A stretch of 64,000 bases of DNA. Source: an uncultured virus (IMG/VR IMGVR_UViG_3300005683_000076) (Duplodnaviria; Heunggongvirae; Uroviricota; Caudoviricetes). A program made the position numbers and the translations under genes. The first letter of the stretch is position 1; each line of letters starts with the position of its first letter. Shown here piece by piece: positions 56,216 through 64,000 of this stretch. Below the pieces are notes generated by a model. It saw only the letters and a list, made by a program, of their open reading frames with translations, was not told the DNA's origin and made no database searches. Location of the stretch: IMG/VR virus record IMGVR_UViG_3300005683_000076, one strand, 5' to 3'.

Positions 56216-57454
56216 CTACTGTAGTCGATTAGTCACTATCCCTGCCTGGTTAGCTATGAGTTCTCGGAGTACACCCTTTTGTCCTTCGTTCAGGTCATAG
56301 CTTTCCTCGAGAGATGTTAGAGCGTTGGTCAGCTGCTGGATGATCTTCTGTGCGTCTTCGATCTTTCCTTCCTTGCGAAGCTGCTCAGCGATTTGCATCT
56401 GTTCCTGGTACTTGGACTTAGTGAAGTCGAACTGTTGAGCACTCAAGGCGAGTCTGGCATTAGCTATACGCTCATTAGATGCAATACGTTCTGCACCCAT
56501 CTGCTGCATGGTTGAGTTATACGCAGCATTACTTGCCGGTATGCTCACCGTTCTACCGTCTGGGAGTTTCCAATCTACAAGATCTTTACGTGTTCCGGCC
56601 ACGGTCCATTTACCGGTAGACCGGTCTAGTTGGAGAATGTCATTGCCAAGCTTCAGCGTCTTCGGGTCCCGATCGTCAAAGGCCACCATCTGCGAAGGAT
56701 TTAGCCCGGCAGTTATGGCATCCTGTACGTGGAGAGGATTCTTCGGATCCCAGTATCTGTTCTTAGCTAGGCGAGCTCTGGCCTGTGACTGTCGTACTTG
56801 GTTGATCTGGTACATTTTGATCTCGTTGTCGATCGGAATGTCTGCGATCTTGGCATCCATAAGCCTGCGGCCCTGCTCATCTTGTAGCTGTCCACCAAGC
56901 TCCTGCTCCCGCATCTGCGACCTACGAATGTCGTACAACCGCTGACGCTCCTCGTCGATGGTCGGCTTGAATGCTCCGCCAAGTCCTCCGGCAATGCCCC
57001 CGCCTAACGCTGCTATAAGTCTCTGCTCGGGATCACCTTGGGCGTTTCCGTAAGCTTGTCCGGCATTGATCACAAACTCCCGGCCGATGCTGCCAAGCCT
57101 TCTCCAGAATCCTTTATCGTTATCCACGATCGGGTTGTTTCTGGTGTCTTGTAGCCAGTTGGTCTGCTGCTGCTGTCGCTGCAGAAGCGTCTCGGTGTCC
57201 GGCGTGTATGTACCTATCTGGTCCGGAGTAGCTTGAAAAGAACCAGCCGGTCGGTCATAGTCTGAGATCCTGGGCAGCAGCTGTGGTCGTTGTACCTCTG
57301 TCCCGACTTCCGTCGGTGCCATGACGATGGGCTGTTGAGCTCCTACCCTGCGGGTAATTGCCATCAACCTACGCCTTTTTTCATCCTCCGTTTCTTCTGG
57401 AGGAGGAGCTGACATAGCTATTGCCTTGTTTGTGAAGTAATCAAATAGTCCCAT
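56216..57454 (-). CDS. Internal virion/ejection protein
   Basis: Gln-rich and helical, with Gly-rich hydrophobic segment LIAALGGGIAGGLGG. Confidence 0.6.
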   Translation of the reverse strand: MGLFDYFTNKAIAMSAPPPEETEDEKRRRLMAITRRVGAQQPIVMAPTEVGTEVQRPQLLPRISDYDRPAGSFQATPDQIGTYTPDTETLLQRQQQQTNWLQDTRNNPIVDNDKGFWRRLGSIGREFVINAGQAYGNAQGDPEQRLIAALGGGIAGGLGGAFKPTIDEERQRLYDIRRSQMREQELGGQLQDEQGRRLMDAKIADIPIDNEIKMYQINQVRQSQARARLAKNRYWDPKNPLHVQDAITAGLNPSQMVAFDDRDPKTLKLGNDILQLDRSTGKWTVAGTRKDLVDWKLPDGRTVSIPASNAAYNSTMQQMGAERIASNERIANARLALSAQQFDFTKSKYQEQMQIAEQLRKEGKIEDAQKIIQQLTNALTSLEESYDLNEGQKGVLRELIANQAGIVTNRLQ

Positions 57455-57459
57455 CTCTT

Positions 57460-58020
57460 TTATTTCAACCAGTCTTCGAAGGTCGTACAGACCAGGTCTA
57501 CGCTCTCATCGTCCCACCCAATAACCTTTTGAAATCTCTTAGCCCCCTTGATCCAGGTCCGCATAGGTTTACGCTGACACCCTATGTATGCACACCCGTC
57601 AGTGCTCTCAGTAACTATCACTCCTGTAGCCACACTGTCGTTGATCTCAAATCTCCTCGGCACCCGGGTCCAATTCCCGACACCGATCCTCATATCCTCC
57701 GTAATGGTCAGGCCGTTCAGCACGGCGTTGCCAACGACTACGTCGGCATCAATGTTGCAATTAAAGAAGATCCCGCCACGAGAGGTTACGCCCTTTAAGG
57801 TGGACTCAAACACTGATCCCTCGTAGATCTTGCTTGTGCTGATGTCGCCTCGTACCACGGAGGTCATTACCAGGTTGGAGTACTCCACCCACGAGTCCTC
57901 AAGGTATGAGCAGTAGATGTCTGTTTCAGTCCCAACCTTGGAGTTCTTTAAGTACGAGTTGGGGCAGACCTCAGAGTTCAGGTCCAGGACCATCCCGCGT
58001 GTGTGCCTGTGTTTGATCAT
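57460..58020 (-). CDS. Hypothetical protein with short beta-repeats
   Basis: Start at ATG 58020, coupled to the upstream TAA; repeated S/N-x-hydrophobic pentads. Confidence 0.6.
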   Translation of the reverse strand: MIKHRHTRGMVLDLNSEVCPNSYLKNSKVGTETDIYCSYLEDSWVEYSNLVMTSVVRGDISTSKIYEGSVFESTLKGVTSRGGIFFNCNIDADVVVGNAVLNGLTITEDMRIGVGNWTRVPRRFEINDSVATGVIVTESTDGCAYIGCQRKPMRTWIKGAKRFQKVIGWDDESVDLVCTTFEDWLK

Positions 58021-58646
58021 TAACGCCTGTTGAATGCACCGCCTGCTCCAAATCCAGGAGCCAGTATCGACGCACCAGCCTGGAGACCGGCACCGATCAG
58101 TCCTCCCCACGTCTGCATAAAACTTGGAGGAAGCGTCTGCCGCTGCTGATCAAAAAAGAACTGAGCACTGGACGTGGCATTACCTAACAGGCTCTGCCGG
58201 TTAGCCAGATCTTGTCCAGACCAGGCCAGTCCCTGCCCTTTGTAGTAGGCGTCCTGCTGCTTGATCGCATTCTCGTAAGCATTAGCGTGGTCCTGAGCGG
58301 CCAGGTTGGCATTACGTTCCCGCTGTTGGGCCACGGCGATCGACTGATCCCCGGTACCTGACATGGCGGCTGCACCTACTCCGGTAAGACCTGCCATACG
58401 TTCACGGATGGAGTTCTGTTGAGACGGCGACCACAGGTCAAAATTGAGGATAGAATCTGGAGGTGGTGCCCCGTAGTTTCTTCCCCGAATAAAGGTGTCC
58501 CATGCGGCCGAGTCCCTACGGAACTTCTGTTGCTCAGGCGTGCCCTGCTTTGCCCAGTCAAACATCTCACGCTGGAGCTGGTACTGGCTTTGGGCATTGG
58601 CAGCCATCTGTCGGTTGTACTCTTTTTGAGCTTTACTTTGTCCCAT
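58020..58646 (-). CDS. DNA pilot/ejection-like protein
   Basis: Gln/Ala-rich; C-terminal GGLIGAGLQAGA. Confidence 0.6.
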   Translation of the reverse strand: MGQSKAQKEYNRQMAANAQSQYQLQREMFDWAKQGTPEQQKFRRDSAAWDTFIRGRNYGAPPPDSILNFDLWSPSQQNSIRERMAGLTGVGAAAMSGTGDQSIAVAQQRERNANLAAQDHANAYENAIKQQDAYYKGQGLAWSGQDLANRQSLLGNATSSAQFFFDQQRQTLPPSFMQTWGGLIGAGLQAGASILAPGFGAGGAFNRR

Positions 58647-58924
58647 TAGTCTATGTGCGGATAGTAAGCAACTGGAATGCTGGCTGTACCGCTAGCCACT
58701 GATACACGCTGGCCATTGACTGGTATCACGGCATTCCCCTTGGGCCCAATAAGAACGCCCGCCAAGGTACCCGTAGACGCTGCGTCTGCATCAACGTTGA
58801 CGTATATATCTACTGTTCCTGAAAGATTGTTAATCACCACCACGCCATACAGATTGTTGTCTGCGATCATGTTGGTCGGAGTGTTGATCACTGCTGAAGT
58901 TACGAAGTTATTTATTACTGGCAT
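58646..58924 (-). CDS. Small beta-rich virion protein
   Basis: VVINN.SGTVDIYV...GVLIGP, jelly-roll-like pattern. Confidence 0.6.
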   Translation of the reverse strand: MPVINNFVTSAVINTPTNMIADNNLYGVVVINNLSGTVDIYVNVDADAASTGTLAGVLIGPKGNAVIPVNGQRVSVASGTASIPVAYYPHID

Positions 58925-58928
58925 GGTG

Positions 58929-60851
58929 TTAATCCTCGGGCAGCTTATAGTTATGAACGCCTATGTCGTTCTGCCAAAAGCCTTTCTCGGTTCCTTTTAG
59001 TGAGATTTTTACGGTGTGTCGTTTTGCGAAATGTTTGATTACAGCGTCTACTTTAACTATACCATTTCTAGTTAATATAGTATCATATTCTGTCAAGCGG
59101 TGCAAGGGCGTACCTACAAAGTCTATATCACTTGTGAATACCGGGTGTGACTTAGAAGCGGTCAGCTTATAGTTCCCGGCTATTAAAGTATAGACGTCCT
59201 GCGGAGGTATTACCTGCGTCTCATAATCCACTGGAAAACCGTTCCTGTTTATGATCTTGTACCGGTGCTGGCTATCTACCAGATCTACAGCCTTGATAGG
59301 TCCGTGGTCCGTTTCGATCAGATCATCAAATACCGGGCAATATCCGCCACCACCCGGGGGTACGTTTCCACCACCTCCACCTGAAGTACCTTGGTCTCCG
59401 CTGGTAGGAGCAATAGATACTCCACGCTTAGCCTCAAAATCTAACGGGCACCTGGTGAACAAACCGAACTTGTCATCTAAAGACACAAGATCCACTAACA
59501 GTGCGTGATCAGATCCGCTGCCACTGAACCCAGTGTCCATTCCCATGACTAACCACTGCTTGTCCGAGGTGTTACCTAGGTTGTAGTCACTGGGAACTAC
59601 GATATTCATGCGGCCAACTCTCCATTCGAGAGCAGATGCCGGCCTGAAGTTTGCAGCAGTTACCTGGGTCTTAGCGATGTGCCTTAGCCTGGTCGGAGTA
59701 GGAAAGCCTCCTACGGTGTTGTTAGCCGTGCCGTAGTCGTAATAGGTATTGGCCGGGTAGGGGAACTTTAATCTTTCATACGTAGCACCGGTCTTCCTGT
59801 AAACTTCAGTTCGGACTACTCCAGGTTCCTGCGGCCACGACAGCTCCACGTAATTGGTAGTACTGAGCGTGGCATTAGTGTTTGCTATTGTCAGGGTAGT
59901 TGTACTGATCGTTGACCCGTCGGCCATGTACATCAGGACCATATAGTCTCTCGATGTCGCACCGGTAGTACCCTGCTGTGATCCTGTAAGGGCAGGCCTT
60001 TGTCCTTCGAGAAACTTCCTCTGGCCGGCGGAGTTGTCCCAAAGCCCACCAAAGAAATCTACGAACACCTCGTCCTCTCCACCTACCTGCCCGCTAAGCT
60101 TATAAATAAACGTCAGAATGTATTGCTTTGACGGGACTATCGTGTTGTATGCCAGTGGAAATGTCAGCGTATTCGACGCGTCACTCCACCTGGCCCAGCC
60201 GTTGGTCTTGTCATAATCCGGATTACTTACTGTAGTAGCATACCGGGTATGAGTCGTGGTCTTTAGAGCTGTGTTAGTAGCAAGATTCGCATCTGCATTA
60301 ACGTCGGTAGAGTCTTCTTTTAACTGTAAAAGCCTGAAGCGTACACGCCCGTTAGTTACCGTAGTAGAAGCCGCGACTGCTAAAGTACAAGTAGTAGATG
60401 ATCCTGGAGCACCGTTGATCGTAGTGACCAGGTCCGCACCAGCCACTCCGGCACCATAAACAACTATCTCCTTGCCTGCGTCACCAGCCACAAAATCAGC
60501 AGTATCGATAGTAAGAGCAGTAGATGCAGCCGTGACTGATCCAGTGGTGTCAATGCAAGTATCTTTCGGGTGAGCGTAGACATGAGCTGCTTCAAGAGAT
60601 ACGTTACCGTCCTCCCCCGTACCTCCAGCAAAATCAGTAGTATAGAGATACCTATTACGGTCGAAGTGAAAGTCTCCATTTCTAATGTGATTCTGGTGCC
60701 CGTACTCCGTAGCAGAATTTGCATTCTCTATCACGGTTTGCAGAGCACCCCCCTGCTCCTGCTGGATAGTAGAGAGTGCCTTGATCTGTCGCTCCAGGGA
60801 CTGTACACGCCCGAGGAATTCAACTGTATTTAGATCTGTCGGAGTCGGCAT
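58929..60851 (-). CDS. Tail protein with C-terminal Hint domain
   Basis: 640 aa; NHIRNGDF; poly-Gly linker followed by a Hint domain. Confidence 0.75.
   Translation of the reverse strand: MPTPTDLNTVEFLGRVQSLERQIKALSTIQQEQGGALQTVIENANSATEYGHQNHIRNGDFHFDRNRYLYTTDFAGGTGEDGNVSLEAAHVYAHPKDTCIDTTGSVTAASTALTIDTADFVAGDAGKEIVVYGAGVAGADLVTTINGAPGSSTTCTLAVAASTTVTNGRVRFRLLQLKEDSTDVNADANLATNTALKTTTHTRYATTVSNPDYDKTNGWARWSDASNTLTFPLAYNTIVPSKQYILTFIYKLSGQVGGEDEVFVDFFGGLWDNSAGQRKFLEGQRPALTGSQQGTTGATSRDYMVLMYMADGSTISTTTLTIANTNATLSTTNYVELSWPQEPGVVRTEVYRKTGATYERLKFPYPANTYYDYGTANNTVGGFPTPTRLRHIAKTQVTAANFRPASALEWRVGRMNIVVPSDYNLGNTSDKQWLVMGMDTGFSGSGSDHALLVDLVSLDDKFGLFTRCPLDFEAKRGVSIAPTSGDQGTSGGGGGNVPPGGGGYCPVFDDLIETDHGPIKAVDLVDSQHRYKIINRNGFPVDYETQVIPPQDVYTLIAGNYKLTASKSHPVFTSDIDFVGTPLHRLTEYDTILTRNGIVKVDAVIKHFAKRHTVKISLKGTEKGFWQNDIGVHNYKLPED
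58950..59339 (-). other. Hint (intein-like/BIL) domain, 130 aa, no endonuclease
   Basis: GGGY|CPVFDDLIET; TASKSHPVF (block B); GVHN followed by YKLPED-stop. Confidence 0.8.
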
Positions 60852-62629
60852 TAAAGAGTCGTCGAGTTTTCTACAGTCCCGTACACGATGATGTGTGACA
60901 GGAAGCTGTCATTCGAGAAGTTGGTCTGTGTCCCGTCGAACTGAACAGAGAAGGAGTTCTTTCTAGGCAGGTACCACCTGGACCGCTGAGTGGTATTCAT
61001 CCCAACAGCTGCAGTATGTGCGAGAGTCTTATCTACTGTATTGGAGTAGTCAGTCCGGATCTTGAAGTTGTGAGTAGTGGCTGCAGCCCCGCAATACACT
61101 CCACGCAGGCCAAGAATATTTATCCTGCCCTCTGGGAATGGCTCGAGATCAGCACTTCTTATGATGAAGTTCGTCGAGGAAGATCCGTTATCGAATTCAT
61201 ACATCGTGAACGTGCTGCCGTTCTTCAACGTAATATAAGGAATACGATTGTGGACTACGGCTGAGACCACGTTACCGGCAAAGAAGTCATTCAACGCTGC
61301 CGGTGAAGACCACTTCAGTGTCTGTAGATTGAACAGGTAAGTCTCACCTTGATAGGAGTAGGCTACAGAATTCAGGTGGGGGACACGGTGTACAACAACA
61401 TTGTCCACGACCCAGTTACGCATGGCCTTAGCTACGGGCTGAGCAAACCTGTTATCCGGAAGGCCGTTGTCACCCATAGTCACTGCTCCGGTCTTGGAAG
61501 TGAAAGCAAACAGCACGCCGCTGACCGTGCACCAGTTGTGCGGATTAGCAACCCCGACATCCGACCACAAGGTCTGGATCATTAGGGGGTTGTCTGTTCC
61601 CGGGATCACTGACACGGCATGTACGCTGGAGTTGGTCGACACATACACGTAGGTTCCCTGCGGATCTTGTAAGATAGCTGTGGGAGATTTGGGGAGAAAT
61701 GCCAGGTGCTCAGGGTTGAAGCTCTCCGGGAAGTTCCTGACGCTGGCTTGGATCGCATTAGTATACGCTCCGAAAGTAATGACGTAGTTCTCGAGCCTCG
61801 CTGCAAACAGTGCCGCCTGCGGGGGGTAGTCATCCGTGTACGCAGTGACAGGGAGAAGATCGGAGTCGTTGTACTCAAGAACGTATGACCTGGCTATAGA
61901 GTCCACGGTTGAGAGGTCGCTCTCGTTGATCTCCTTGATCAGGTAGTGCACACCTACTCCTCCGAATCCAGCCTTGGTACCAAAGATGGCCCACCGGTCC
62001 TGCCCGTTAGACGCAGCAGCCGGAAACACCAGGTGTACTGTCTGGGACGTCAGCGTGATCACGGCTGATGTGGGAGACGCTATTGATCTGGCACCTGTAG
62101 TACTCCTGACCGCGGCGATCTTAAAGGAGAACGTGCCAGTGTTAAGTCCGGTAAACGGAGATACCGGGTTTCTAGCATAGACCTGTGGTGCGGTCGGCTG
62201 AGAAAATCCAGCCGTGTACCATTCCGGATAGGTATATGATCCTACCTTCGGTGCCAGCTGGAGTGTGCTGGTGGCCGTGACGTTTGCCGGCGATGGGGTG
62301 CTGTCTACAAGAACACTTCCATTGTAGAAGACCTCCCCGGCCCCGATCGCAAATAAAGACTCGTTGATGAAGTTAAAGATGGAACCTACTCCCTGAGTAG
62401 CTCCAACGTCGTTAAGAGAAGCATAGCCTCCGGCCACGTTGAACATGGTTCGTCCACCGGTACCGTTGGCAGTAAGTCCGCGGAATACCCGCTGCGAGTT
62501 GTTGTCTACAATAAAGACATTCTTCGACCCTGGTGCCATGGCATCCATTGGATAGGTCAAGGTGTCCGTATTGAAGTACCCGCCGCCGAGATTTACTCCG
62601 GCAAGAACTTCATTCTCTATATCACTCAT
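60851..62629 (-). CDS. Tail tubular/stabilisation (nozzle-like) protein
   Basis: 592 aa, beta-propeller-like, positioned before the ejection genes. Confidence 0.6.
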   Translation of the reverse strand: MSDIENEVLAGVNLGGGYFNTDTLTYPMDAMAPGSKNVFIVDNNSQRVFRGLTANGTGGRTMFNVAGGYASLNDVGATQGVGSIFNFINESLFAIGAGEVFYNGSVLVDSTPSPANVTATSTLQLAPKVGSYTYPEWYTAGFSQPTAPQVYARNPVSPFTGLNTGTFSFKIAAVRSTTGARSIASPTSAVITLTSQTVHLVFPAAASNGQDRWAIFGTKAGFGGVGVHYLIKEINESDLSTVDSIARSYVLEYNDSDLLPVTAYTDDYPPQAALFAARLENYVITFGAYTNAIQASVRNFPESFNPEHLAFLPKSPTAILQDPQGTYVYVSTNSSVHAVSVIPGTDNPLMIQTLWSDVGVANPHNWCTVSGVLFAFTSKTGAVTMGDNGLPDNRFAQPVAKAMRNWVVDNVVVHRVPHLNSVAYSYQGETYLFNLQTLKWSSPAALNDFFAGNVVSAVVHNRIPYITLKNGSTFTMYEFDNGSSSTNFIIRSADLEPFPEGRINILGLRGVYCGAAATTHNFKIRTDYSNTVDKTLAHTAAVGMNTTQRSRWYLPRKNSFSVQFDGTQTNFSNDSFLSHIIVYGTVENSTTL

Positions 62630-62860
62630 TTAGCTTACGTCTGGGTCTTGTACTCTGGTAGCTTGTGCTGCAAGGTCTAGTTTTACGCGGTATGCCTTGA
62701 CTACATCCTTGGAGAACTGTCTGATGATGAAATCCCTGAACTGTCCCTTTGTTGCACCTCGAGGATCCTCAGGTCCGGTCCACCCGTAAGTGTCGGCAAA
62801 AGCATCTCGCATCTCTGGATTCAAGGCGTCGTTTTGAAAATTAACTGATAGTGTCCACAT
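62630..62860 (-). CDS. Small hypothetical protein, possible fibre chaperone
   Basis: Follows the tail-fibre gene; start placed at ATG 62860. Confidence 0.5.
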   Translation of the reverse strand: MWTLSVNFQNDALNPEMRDAFADTYGWTGPEDPRGATKGQFRDFIIRQFSKDVVKAYRVKLDLAAQATRVQDPDVS

Positions 62861-62865
62861 AAATA

Positions 62866-64000
62866 TTACGGTAAGAGGCTGACACGCCATCTAGAAGTCG
62901 TGCCGTCATACATGGCGATCGCACACTTGCCGGCCGCCAAGGCCAGGTCTGCTCCTGTTGTAGTAAAGAATTGGTTAGCTGCGGTTGAAGTAACTTGGTG
63001 CTTCAGTGTGATCGTATTTGTCGTACCTACGTTCCAGATGAACAACTCCTGGCCGTCCACGCCTGCTACTATTCCGGTAAGGTTTACTGCAGATGAAGCA
63101 CTGAGGCGTAGATGGCGAGCCGTTCCCGGATTGTAATTATCTGTGTTAGCAGCAAGTGCGGTAGGGGAGAGAGGTACTGAACTGAGCGTTGCATTGCCGG
63201 TGGACCCATCAGTCAATTTGATAACCTTGGCAGCGGCTCTGGCCAGGCCAGTGTCTGCTGCTCCAGTTACGGCATCCGCTGTGGAGCTCCAATTGAATGC
63301 TCCAGCACTGCGAACTGTCCAACCACTACTACCTATGAACGCACCGTAACGTGCCCCGCCGTAATAGAAAGAGATCGCACCATTTGTGGCTCCATCAAGC
63401 TGTATACCCAACGGGAAGGCGGCGTTGCTTGTATCGATAAAATGAATGTTTGCGGCCGAGGTGCTGTTAGACGCAGGAACTACTACCTGCCCGTTAGACT
63501 TGATCCTGAATAGATCTCCGCTAGAGCCTGCACTGGAGTCAATCTCTAATAGATTTCCGGATTGCGAAGCTGCAGCCTTGATGTTGAAAGGAACGTCAGC
63601 GGCCGCTCCCGATGTAATCTTGAGCTGGCTCGATGCCGCACCGTAAGTCAAGTTAGCTGATGCTGAGAGGGCCTGAGATCCGTTCTCATAAAGAACCCGA
63701 TTCACGCCGCCGCCTGTTACTGTATTACCTACGGTCAGTCCGCCGATAGTTTCTATCTTGTCGTAAACGTCGTTCTTTGTAGGAACTTCGTTAGATCCAT
63801 TCCAGGAGACACCGTACGCCTCACCCGGAACAGTAATATCCCCGGTAGAACTTACTGAAGGACTTGACAGTTCGATCGGACCGGATGCCTGTATCAACAT
63901 CCCGGCAAGGCTACTGCCAGCCAGAACATATCCTTTGTCCTGGTATCCGTCCCCAGTAGCAGTACCTCCTACTCCAAGAGCCATGCGGGCATTGCCGTCT
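62866..64000 (-). CDS. Tail fibre protein (5'-partial)
   Basis: Gly/Ser/Thr/Ala-rich fibre motifs; frame stays open upstream of ATG 63984 to the window end. Confidence 0.7.
   Translation of the reverse strand, partial: DGNARMALGVGGTATGDGYQDKGYVLAGSSLAGMLIQASGPIELSSPSVSSTGDITVPGEAYGVSWNGSNEVPTKNDVYDKIETIGGLTVGNTVTGGGVNRVLYENGSQALSASANLTYGAASSQLKITSGAAADVPFNIKAAASQSGNLLEIDSSAGSSGDLFRIKSNGQVVVPASNSTSAANIHFIDTSNAAFPLGIQLDGATNGAISFYYGGARYGAFIGSSGWTVRSAGAFNWSSTADAVTGAADTGLARAAAKVIKLTDGSTGNATLSSVPLSPTALAANTDNYNPGTARHLRLSASSAVNLTGIVAGVDGQELFIWNVGTTNTITLKHQVTSTAANQFFTTTGADLALAAGKCAIAMYDGTTSRWRVSLLP

Noticed and set aside
63985..64000. In-frame circular join of the window end with the ORF at 1-623
   Set aside because: The frames happen to match (1 in 3 chance), but the window size is arbitrary and no terminal overlap is visible.
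1..64000. Integrase/repressor lysogeny module or stop-codon recoding
   Set aside because: No recombinase motifs were seen; genes are intact and densely packed under the standard code.

Overview
Most or all of a ~64 kb tailed-phage genome, podovirus-like (no tape measure; large injected internal proteins). No integrase, CRISPR array or reverse transcriptase was seen. It has two arms. The minus-strand late arm (1-21.9 kb and 46.6-64 kb) carries terminase, portal, scaffold, major capsid, tail/ejection proteins, a 3210-aa polyvalent protein, a GH19 endolysin and tRNA-fMet. The plus-strand early/replication arm (22.7-46.6 kb) carries a MoxR-like AAA plus vWA-metallopeptidase pair, SSB-like protein, nucleases, a lambda-O-like initiator, a primpol-SF4 helicase, PolA and MazG. 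Notable observations: (1) about 19 highly diverged paralogous 70-120 aa small beta-rich ORFs spread through the early arm, including a recently duplicated tandem quartet; (2) a sigma54-type early promoter with tandem enhancer-like and IHF-like sites, a ~370-nt structured leader, and a first gene enclosed by a 30-bp inverted repeat; (3) a promoter-to-terminator non-coding unit of ~550 nt, plus a second structured RNA candidate beside the tRNA; (4) four LAGLIDADG-type inteins (one class 3, one inside a virion protein) and a non-splicing C-terminal Hint domain on a tail protein; (5) a family of sigma70 promoters sharing a TAGAC spacer motif. All functional calls come from motif recognition by eye; no searches were run.
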